Below, piece by piece: positions 49,360 to 59,600 of a DNA stretch of 64,000 bases. Under the pieces are notes generated by a model. That model ran no database searches. It was given only the letters and a program-made list of their open reading frames with translations, and was not told where the DNA came from. Source of the DNA: an uncultured Gemmatimonadales bacterium (GTDB lineage Bacteria > Gemmatimonadota > Gemmatimonadetes > Longimicrobiales > Longimicrobiaceae). Where the stretch lies: positions 7,616,001 to 7,680,000 of the forward strand of contig OY970303.1 of the NCBI GenBank assembly GCA_963716255.1, written 5' to 3'. Both the position numbers and the translations under genes were made by a program. The stretch's first letter is position 1, and each line of letters opens with the position of its first letter.

Positions 49360-50388
49360 TCAGCCCTGCCCCCAGCCGGAGTCGTGCGCCTCGGCCATCC
49401 CCACCACCACCCTGCGCTCGCCCGTGAACGGGGAGCGCGCGTGCGCCATGAGCATGTTGTCCAGCAGCAGCACGTCGCCCGTTTCCCAGAGGAAGACCAG
49501 CGCCTCGGCCTCGTACGCGGCGCGGATGGCGGCGAAGTCGTCCGGGTCGATGGGCGAGCCGTCGCCGTAGTAGGTGTTGCGCGGCAGGCTTTCCTCGCCG
49601 AACTCCTCCAGCAGGACCTCCACCACGTCCGGGTCCTGGCTGGACACGTGGAACAGGTGCGCCTGGTTCATCCACACCTTCTCGCCGGTGGCGGGGTGCG
49701 TGGCCACCCCCTGGCACACCTGCCGGGTGCGCAGGTGGTCCTCGTCCACCCACTCCGCCTCGATGCCCGCGGACCGGCAGTACTCGTCCACTTCCTCGGG
49801 CGTCTCGGCCTGGAAGACGTTCTGCCAGGGAAGGTCCATCCACGGCGTGTAGTTGCGCACGTACATCACCCCCAGCCGCTCGAAGCGCTCGCGGATGCCG
49901 GCGGGGATGCGGTCGTACACGCGGCGGCTGTCGGCGATGGGGGTCTCGCCGCCGGTGGCGGCCACGATCAGCGACAGGAAGCCGATCTTCATGGGCCACG
50001 AGCGGGTGTAGGACATCTCCGTGTGGAAGGGGATGTGCTGGTCCGCGGGGTACTCGGTGGAGGTGTAGACGTTGCCCTTGACCTGGGTGCGCGGCGAGGA
50101 GCGGTAGGTGTAGGGAAGGAGCTCGCCGGAGGCCGAGAGCATGAAGCGCTGGAACTCGTCCACGTCGTCCACGCCGAAGCCGCGGAAGAGGATGGCGCCT
50201 GCCGCGTGGAGCGTGTGCTCCACCCAGGGGCGGTTCTCGCCGGCCCAGTCGGCGAGCACCAGCCCGGGCGCGGCGGGGCTCACCACCACCGGGGCGGCGG
50301 GATAGCCGTCCAGGCGGGCCGTCCGCACGCGGTCGTCGGGCGCGGGCGCGCTCCCGGGAAGCTGCACGGACTCGTCGGCAACGCTCAT
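49360..50388 (-). CDS. TauD/TfdA-family Fe(II)/2-oxoglutarate dioxygenase, SyrP-like
   Basis: [14 protein letters not shown]...FHTEMSY (H-x-E), [53 protein letters not shown] 50388 with GGAG RBS. Confidence 0.9.
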   Translation of the reverse strand: MSVADESVQLPGSAPAPDDRVRTARLDGYPAAPVVVSPAAPGLVLADWAGENRPWVEHTLHAAGAILFRGFGVDDVDEFQRFMLSASGELLPYTYRSSPRTQVKGNVYTSTEYPADQHIPFHTEMSYTRSWPMKIGFLSLIVAATGGETPIADSRRVYDRIPAGIRERFERLGVMYVRNYTPWMDLPWQNVFQAETPEEVDEYCRSAGIEAEWVDEDHLRTRQVCQGVATHPATGEKVWMNQAHLFHVSSQDPDVVEVLLEEFGEESLPRNTYYGDGSPIDPDDFAAIRAAYEAEALVFLWETGDVLLLDNMLMAHARSPFTGERRVVVGMAEAHDSGWGQG

Positions 50389-50665
50389 CGTCTCACTCCA
50401 CGGCGGTTGGGGGGCGGTCCGGGCCGCGCGGGAAGGGGCGGCGGAGGGCCCGGTACCCGGATGGATAAGCCCCCGCATGGATTCAGTCAAGCTCCGGCCG
50501 TCCGCGCCGGGGAGCGGGGCGGACCCGTGCTCCGCGGCACGCCGGGAGCTGGCCCGCCGCCGCCCGGGCCGGCGGTTGAAGTCGCCCGCGGCTGGAGTTA
50601 GTTTGCGTCACGTTTCGCCGTGCGTCGCGGCCCGCCGCGGAGTCCCGAACCAGCAGCCCCGCCGA

Positions 50666-53600
50666 ATGGAGAACGTAGAGAGCGTCTATCCCCTCTCGCC
50701 CATGCAGCTCGACATCCTGCTCCGCTCGCTCCGCGCCCCGGAGCTGGCGGAGTACGCGGAGCAGGTCTGCTGGACGATGCGGGGCGACCTGGACGCTCCC
50801 GCCTTCGAGCGCGCGTGGGGCCTGCTCGCGGAGCGGCACCCGGTGCTGCGCACCGTCTTCTTCTGGAAGGGGCTGGACACTCCGCTCCAGGTGGTGCGCG
50901 GCGAGGTGGAGATCCGGGTGGAGGCCGCCGACTGGCGCGGCGTTCCCCCGGAGGAGGTGGAGGCGCGGATGGACGCGCTGGCCCGCGGGGAGCGGCGCGG
51001 CTTCGACCTGGAGGCGGCGCCGCTCTTCCGCGTGGCGTGCGCGCGCACGGGAGAGGGGGAGCACCGCTGCGTGTGGACCTGCCACCACCTCCTGCTGGAC
51101 GGCTGGTCGGCGGGGCGGGCGCTGCAGGAGGTGTTCGCGCTGTACGACGCGCTCCGCGGGGGCGAGGTCCCGGCGCTCGCCCCGGCGCCCCCGTTCCAGG
51201 CGTACATCTCCTGGCTCCAGGCGCAGCCGACGGAGCCCGCGGAGGCCTTCTGGCGCGCCGCCCTGGCCGGGGTGGGCGCCGCCGCGCCGCTCGACCCCGG
51301 CCCGCTCCGCGACCCCGGCGCCGCGGGGAACCCCGGACACGCGGCCGCGGCGATCCCCGCGGCGCGGCTGGAGCGGCTGGAGGAGACCGCGCGGCGCCGG
51401 CAGGTGACGCTCAACACCCTCTTCCAGGGGGCCTGGGCGCTGCTCCTGGGCCGCTACCGGGGGGACGACGACGTGGTCTTCGGCGCGGTGTCCGCCGGGC
51501 GGCCGGCGGAGCTGCCGGGTGCGGAGGCCATGCTGGGCGTGTTCGTGGGGAGCGTGCCCGTGCGGGTGCGGCTGCGCCCGGAGGCGGAGGCGGCGCCGTG
51601 GCTGCGGGAGATCCAGGCGGGGCAGGCGCGGGCGCGGCGCTTCGACCACTTCTCGGTGCAGCAGATCCAGGCGTGGAGCGGGCTGCCGCCGGGGGAGCGA
51701 TTGTTCGACACGCTGCTCGTCTTCCAGAACTACCCGCTCCGCGAGGTGGAGAGCGCGCGCATCGGCGGGCTGGAGGTGCGGGACCTCCGCGGCGTTCCCG
51801 CCGACACGGCGCTGGGGCACGCGCTGATGCTGGAGGTGGACGTGCGCGGGGAGGCCGGGCTGAGCCTGGCCTTCGACGGGGACCGGTGGGACGCGGCGTC
51901 GGCCGCCCTCGCGCTGGAGCACCTGCGGACGATCCTGGAGGGGATCGCGGCCGACCCCGACGCGCGGCTCTGCGAGCTGCCGCTGCTGTCCGCCGCGGAA
52001 AGAGCTCGGGTTCTGGAGGCGTGGAACGCGACCGCCGCCGCGTACCCGGACGACGCGTGCGTCCACCACCGGGTGGCCGCGCAGGCGGCGCGCACCCCTG
52101 AGGCGCCGGCGGTGGTGTTCGAGGGCGGCCGGCTGAGCTACGCGGAGCTGGAGCGGCGCGCCGCCCGGCTGGCGCACTTCCTCGCGGGCCGCGGGGTGGG
52201 GCCGGACGTGCGCGTGGCCCTGTGCATGGAGCGCGGCCCGGACCAGGTGGTGGCGCTGCTGGCCGTGCTCCAGGCGGGCGGCTGCTACGTGCCGCTGGAC
52301 CCGGCCTACCCCCGGGAGCGCCTGGCCCACGTGCTCCGCGACTCCGGGGCGCGGGTGCTGCTGACGGAGGCGCACCTGGCGCCGGCGCTGCCGCCCTCCG
52401 GGGCGGACACGGTGGTGCTGGACGACGTCCGGGACCGGCTCGCGGCGCAGCCGGAGCACGCGCCGCGGACGGCGGTGGGCCCGGAGAACCTGGCGTACGT
52501 CGTCTACACCTCCGGCTCCACCGGCACGCCCAAGGGGGTGGCGATGCCGCACCGGCCGCTGGTGAACCTCCTCGCCTGGCAGGAGGGGGCGTGGCGGGGG
52601 CCGCGCGCCGCGCGCACCCTGCAGTTCGCCGCGCTGGGCTTCGACGTTGCGTTCCACGAGGTCTTTTCCACCTGGACGACGGGCGGCGCGCTGGTGCTGC
52701 TGCGCGAGGAGGAGCGGCGCGACCCGGACGCCCTGCTGCGCCGGGTGGAGGAGGCGGGGGTGGAGCGGTTGTTCCTCCCCTGGGCGGCGCTGCAGCAGGT
52801 GGCCGAGCGGGCGGTGGAGCGCGGCGTCGTGCCGCCGCGGCTCCGCGAGGTGCAGACGGCCGGGGAGCAGCTGCGCGTGACCCCGGCGATCCGCGCGTGG
52901 ATGGCGGCGCTGGGGGCGCCGCTGCACAACCACTACGGCCCCTCCGAGACACACGTGGTCACCGCGCTCGCGCTGGAGGGCGCGCCCGGCGGCTGGCCGC
53001 TGCTCCCGGCCATCGGGGGCGGGATCGCGAACACCCGCTGCTTCGTGCTGGACGCCTGGATGGAGCCCGCCCCGGCGGGGATCCCCGGGGAATTGTACGT
53101 GGCCGGGGCGAGCCTGGCGCGGGGCTACCTGGACCGGCCGTGGGCCACGTTCGAGCGGTTCCTCCCGGACCCGTTCTCCGGCCAGGCGGGCGGGCGGATG
53201 TACCGCACGGGAGACCGGGTGCGCTGGCTGGCGGACGGGACACTGGAGTTCCTGGGGCGGGTCGACCACCAGGTAAAGGTGCGCGGCTTCCGGGTGGAGC
53301 CGGGCGAGGTGGAGGCGGCGCTGGAGCGGCACCCGGGGGTGCGCGAGGCGGTGGTGCACGCGCGGGAGGACGAGCCCGGGGAGAAGCGGCTGGTGGGGTA
53401 CGTGGTGCCCGCGGAGGGCGCCCGGGTGCGGACGGCGGAGCTGCGGGAGCACCTGCTGGCGTCGCTCCCGGACTACATGGTGCCGGGGGCGTTCGTGGTG
53501 CTGGAGCGGCTTCCGCTCACCCCCAGCGGCAAGACCGACCGTCGGGCGCTCCCCGCGCCGGCCCCCTCCGGTGCCGCGGAGCACGGCTACGCCGCGCCGC

Positions 53601-56600
53601 GCACCCCGGTGCAGGAGGTGCTCGCCGCGGCCTGGGCGGAGGTGCTGGGCGTGGAGCGGGTGGGGGTGGAGGACGACTTCTTCGCGCTGGGCGGGCACTC
53701 GCTCCTGGCGGCGCGCGTGGTGTCGCGCGTGCGCGACGCGCTGGGCGTGGAGCTGCCGCTCCCGGCGGTGTTCGCGGCTCCCACCGTCGCGGGGCTCGCG
53801 CGGCGCGTGGAGGCGCTGCTGCGTGACGGCGACGGCGCGCAGGCGCCGCCGCTGGCGCCCGTCCCCCGCGACGGCGCCCCGCTGCCGCTCTCGTTCGCGC
53901 AGCAGCGGCTGTGGTTCATCCACCGGCTGGAGCCGGACAGCGCCGCCTACAACCTCCCCTGCGCGCTGCGCGTGCGCGGGCCGCTGGACCCCGGCGCGCT
54001 GGAGCGCGCGCTCACGGGCGTGGCGGGCCGGCACGAGGCGCTGCGCACGCGCTTCCCGGAGCGGGGCGGCGTGCCGGTGCAGCTCGTCGAGCCCGCCCGG
54101 CGCGTTCGGCTGCCGCGTGTGGACCTCGCGGGGCTCCCCGGGCCCGCGCGCGAGGCCGAGCTGTCGCGGCTCGCGGAGCGGGAGGCGCGGCGCCCCTTCG
54201 ACCTGGCGGCGGGCCCGCTGCTGCGGGGGGCCGTGGTGCGGCTGGGGGAGGACGACGCGGCGGTGCTGATCACCGTGCACCACGTGGTCGCCGACGGCTG
54301 GAGCGTGGGGATCCTGGTGCGCGAGGTGTCGGCGCTGTACGCCGCCCACGCGGGCGGCGGGGACGCGCGCCTCCCCGACCTGCCGGTGCAGTACGCCGAC
54401 TTCGCGGCCTGGCAGCGGGCGCGGCTCTCCGGGGAAACGCTGGAGCGGCAGCTGGCCTTCTGGCGCGGGGAGCTGCGCGGCGCCCCGCCGCTGCTGGAGC
54501 TCCCCGCGGACCGGCCGCGCCCCGCGGCGATGGACGGCGCGGGGCGGCGGGTGGACTTCCGGGTGGACGCGGCGACCGCCGCCGGGGTGCGGGCGCTGGC
54601 GCGGCGGGAGGGCGCGACGCCGTTCATGGCGCTGCTGGCGGCGTGGCAGCTCCTGCTGGCGCGCGGGTCGGGGCAGGAGGACGTGGTGGTGGGCACCCCC
54701 GTGGCCGGGCGCAGCCACACGGAGCTGGAGGGGCTGATCGGGTTCTTCGTCAACACGCTGCCGCTGCGGGCCGACCTGTCGGGCGATCCCGCCTTCGGCG
54801 AGCTGCTGCGGCGCGTGCGCGCGAGGACGCTGGATGCGTACGCCCACCAGGAGCTCCCCTTCGACAGGCTGGTGGAGGAGCTGGCGGGCGGGCGCAGCCG
54901 GGCGCACGCGCCGCTCTTCCAGGCGGTGTTCGCCCTCCGGCCCGCGGATGTGGCGGAGCCGAGGCTGGGTGGCGCCGAGGTGTCGGCGATCCCGGTGGCG
55001 GGCGTGTCCGCCAAGTTCGACCTGTCGCTTGGCCTCGCCGAGGACGCGGACGGGGCGCTCGCGGGCGGGCTGGAGTACGCCACGGCGCTCCGTGAGCCCG
55101 CGACCGCGGCGCGCATGGCCGGGCACTACGCGACGCTGCTGGCGGGGATCGTGGCCGATCCCGGCGCGCGGGCCTGGACGCTCCCGCTGATGGACGCGGC
55201 CGAGCGGCGCCGGGTGCTGGCGGAGGGCCACGGCCCGGAGCGCGCCGAGGCGCCGGAATGCGTGCACGATCTGATCGCGGGGCAGGCGAAGCGCACGCCG
55301 GACGCGCCGGCGCTCGCGTTCCGCGGCGACGTGCTCGCCTACGCGGAGCTGGACCGCCGGGCCAACCGCCTCGCCCACCGCCTGCGCGCGCACGGCGTGG
55401 GGCCGGAGGCGCGCGTGGGCGTGTGCCTGGAGCGCACCCCGGAGCTGGTCGTGGCGCTGCTGGCCGTGCTCAGGGCCGGCGGGGCGTACGTCCCGCTGGA
55501 CCCGGCGTACCCGCGGGCGCGCCTGGGCGCCATGGTGGAGGACGCGGGCGTCGCCCTGGTGCTCACCTCCACGATGCTGGCCGGCCTGGTCCCACACGTC
55601 GCCGCCGCGCTCGCGCTGGACGCCGTGGACGTGGGCGGGGAGCCGGAGGCCGCGCCGGAGAGCGGCGTGCTGCCGGAGAACCTGTCGCACGTGATCTTCA
55701 CCTCCGGCTCTACGGGACGGCCCAGGGGGGTGATGATCCGCCACGGCGCCGTCGCGGCGCTGCTGCACTGGCTCCGCGGCGCCGTCTCCGACGAGGAGCG
55801 CTCGGCGGTCCTGTTCTCCACCTCCGTCAGCTTCGACGTCTCGGTCGCCGAGCTGTTCGGCACGCTGGCCTGGGGCGGCAAGCTGGTGCTGGCGGAGAAC
55901 GCCCTGGAGCTGGCGACCCTGGGGGAGCCGGTCGTCCTGGCGAGCATGGTCCCCACCGCCGCGGCGGAGCTGCTGCGCTCGGGCGGGATTCCGCCCGCGG
56001 TCCGGACGCTCAACCTGGGCGGCGAGCCGCTCCCGGCCGACCTCGCCCGGGGGCTGTACGCGCTGGGCACGGTGGAGCGCGTCGCCAACCTGTACGGGCC
56101 CACCGAGGACACCACCTACTCCACGTACGCGCGCGTGGAGCGCGGCGCCGGCGTGGTGACGCTGGGCCGCCCCCTCCCCGGGACGCGGGCGTACGTGCTG
56201 GACGCGGAGATGGAGCCGGTCCCGCCCGGCGTGGCGGGCGAGCTGTACCTGGCCGGCGACGGGCTGGCGCGGGGGTACGCGGGCCGCCCGGAGCTCACCG
56301 CCGAGCGCTTCCTCCCGGACCCCTTCGGGTCCGCGGGCTCGCGCGCGTACCGGGTGATGGACCGCGTCCGCCGCCGCCCCGACGGCGAGCTGGAGTACCT
56401 GGGCCGCATGGACCAGCAGGTCAAGGTGCGCGGCTTCCGCATCGAGCCGGGCGAGATCGAGGCGGCGCTGCGCGCGCACCCCGGCGTCCGCGAAGCCGCG
56501 GCCGTGGCCCGCGGGGACGCCGCCTCGGGCGTGGCGGGCGGCCGGCGCCTCGTCGCCTACGTGGTCCCCGCGGACGGCGCCGCCCCGGTCGCGGCGGAGC

Positions 56601-59600
56601 TGCGGGCGCACCTCCGGGAGCACGTCCCGGAGTACATGGTCCCCTCCGCCTTCGTCGCGCTGGACGCGCTCCCGCTCACCCCCGGCGGCAAGCTGGACCG
56701 GCTCGCCCTCCCCGCGCCGGGAGACGCGCCCACGGCATCGGAGGTGGACGGGGACGCCGCGCCGCGCGGCCCGGTGGAGGAGCTGGTGGCGGGGATCTTC
56801 GCCGAGCTGCTGGGGGTGGAGCGGGTCGGCGCCCGCGACGACTTCTTCGAGCTGGGCGGACACTCGCTGCTGGCGGCGCGGGTGGCGGCCCGCGTGCGCG
56901 AGGCCGCCGGGGTGGAGCTGCCGGTGGGGATGCTGTTCGAGGCGCCCACGGCGGCGGAGCTGGCCGCGCGCGTGGAGGCGCTGCGGGACGCCTCCGCGGA
57001 CGCCGCTCCCCCGCCGCTGGTCCCCGTCCCCCGCGACGATGCCGCGCTGCCGCTCTCGGCCGCGCAGCAGCGGCTCTGGCTCCAGCACCAGGTGGCGCCG
57101 GCGAGCTACAACCTGGCCGCCGCGCTCCGGCTGCGCGGCGAGCTGTCGGCGGAGGCGCTGCGCGGCGCGCTGGAGGCCGTGGTGGCACGGCACGAGGTGC
57201 TCCGCACGCGCCTGTTCGTGGAGGACGGCGCGCCGGTGCAGGTGGTGGAGCCCGCCCGAACCTTCGCGCTCCCGGCGGTGGACCTGGCGCCGTTCCCGGC
57301 GGCCGAGCGCGAGGCGGCCGTCGCGCGGTACGCCGCCGAGGAGGCGGCGCGCCCCTTCGACCTGGAGGCGCCGCCGCTGCTGCGCGCCAGCCTCCTGCGG
57401 CTGGGACCGAGCGAGCACGTGCTCCTCCTCACCCTGCACCACGTGGCCGCGGACGGGTGGTCGGAGGCGGTGCTCGTGCGCGAGCTGGGCGCGCACTACC
57501 TGGCCCGGGTCTCGGGCCGGGAGGCCGCGCTCCCCCCGCTCGCGCTCCAGTACGGCGACTACGCGGTGTGGCAGCGCCGCGTGGACGCGGGCGGGGCGCG
57601 GCAGCGGAAGCTGGAGTCCTGGAGCCGCGCGCTGGCCGGCGCTCCCGCGGCGCTGGAGCTCCCCGCCGACCGCCCCCGGCCGCCGGTGCAGAGCTTTCGC
57701 GGCGACACCTTCCGTTTCCACCTCGACGCGCCCCGAGCGGGTGCGCTGCGGGCGCTGGCGCGCCGGGAGGACTGCACGCTCTTCATGGTGCTCCTGGCCG
57801 GCTTCGACGCCTGGCTGCACCGCTGCACGGGGCAGGACGACCTGGTGGTGGGGACGCCGCTGGCCGGGCGCGACCACCCGGCGCTGGAGCCGCTGATCGG
57901 CTGCTTCATCAACGTGCTCCCCGTGCGCGTGCGGGTGGACGCCGGCGAGGGGTTCCGCGCGCTGCTTCGCCGCGTTCGCTCCGCTCTGCTGGACGCGTAC
58001 CCCGCCGGGGACGTGTCCTTCGACCGGATCGTGGACGCGGCGGGAATGCCGCGCGACGCCAGCCGGAGCCCGCTGGTGCAGGTGCTCTTCGCTCTCCAGA
58101 ACACGCCGCTGGAGCGGCTGGATCTCCCCGGGCTGGCGGCGGAGCGGGTGGAGGTGGCGGGGCGGAGCTCGCGCTACGACCTGAGCGTTTACCTGCGCGA
58201 GGAGCCGGACGGCGCCCTTGGCGCGCTGGTGGAGTTCGCCGCCGACCTGTACGACCGCGGCACCGTGGAGCGCTGGATGCGGCACTTCGCGCGCCTGCTG
58301 GACACTCTCGCCGCGGACCCGGAGCGCCCGGTGGGTGACGCGGAGCTCCTGGACCCGGCGGAGCGCGACCAGCTCGTCCGCGGCTGGAACGCCGCGGAAC
58401 CCGCCCTGGACTCCGCGGCCACGCTCCCCGGTCTCTTCGCGGCGCAGGTCCGCCGCACTCCCGACGCCGTGGCGCTGGTGGCCGGCGGGGAGCGGCTTAC
58501 CTATGCCGCGCTGGAGCGCCGCGCCGCCCGCATCGCCCGCCGCCTGGCCGCGCTCGGCGTGGGGCCGGAGGTGCGGGTGGGGCTGCTCCTGGAGCGCGGC
58601 GCGGAGATGGTCGCGGCGATGCTCGGCGTCCTGGCGGCGGGCGGCGCGTACGTCCCCCTGGACCCGGAGTACCCGGCCGAACGGCTCGCCTTCATGCTGG
58701 CCGACAGCGGCGCCCGGGTGCTGGTGACGCAGGCGGGGCTGGAGGGCAGGGCGGGGGATTTCGCGGGGCAGATCGTCGCGCTCGACGGGCCCCCCCTCCC
58801 CCCGGCCCCCTCCCCCGCAAGCGGGGAGGGAGAGCACGACACGTCGGCGGGCGAGGGTCAGGAAGCCCTCCCCCAGAACTGGGGGAGGGTGGCGAGCCTG
58901 AGCGAGCCGGGTGGGGGCAATTCAGCCGACGCCAGCGCGCCGCCTGCCCTCGTCCTGTTCCCCGACAACGCCGCGTACGTCATCTACACCTCCGGCTCCA
59001 CGGGCACGCCCAAGGGCGTCGTCGTCACGCACGCGAGCGTGGCGGCGTTCTTCGCGGCCATGACCGAGCGGGTGGGCGCGGAGCCGGGGACGTGGCTGGC
59101 GGTCACCAGCATCGCGTTCGACATCTCCGTGCTGGAGATCCTGTGGACGCTGTCGCGGGGATCCAGGGTGGTGCTCCGCGGCCCCGGACCGCGCGCGGCG
59201 GCCGCGGCTCCCGCCGCGGCCGCCGCCGATCCCCGCCCGGGCGCGCCGCCGACGGCGTTCAGCCTGTTCTACTTCGCCGCGGGGGAGAGGGCGAGCGGGC
59301 GCGACGGGTACCGGCTCCTGCTGGAGGGGGCGCGGTGGGCGGACCGGAGCGGCTTCGAGGCGGTGTGGACCCCGGAGCGGCACTTCCACGCCTTCGGCGG
59401 GCAGTATCCCAATCCCTCCGTCACCAGCGCGGCCCTGGCGACCATCACCGAGCGGGTCCGCCTGCGCGCCGGGAGCGTGGTCCTCCCGCTGCACGACCCC
59501 ATCCGCGTGGCGGAGGAGTGGGCGGTGGTGGACAACCTTTCCGACGGCCGCGTGGAGGTGTCGTTCGCCTCGGGGTGGCACGCCGACGACTTCGTCCTGG

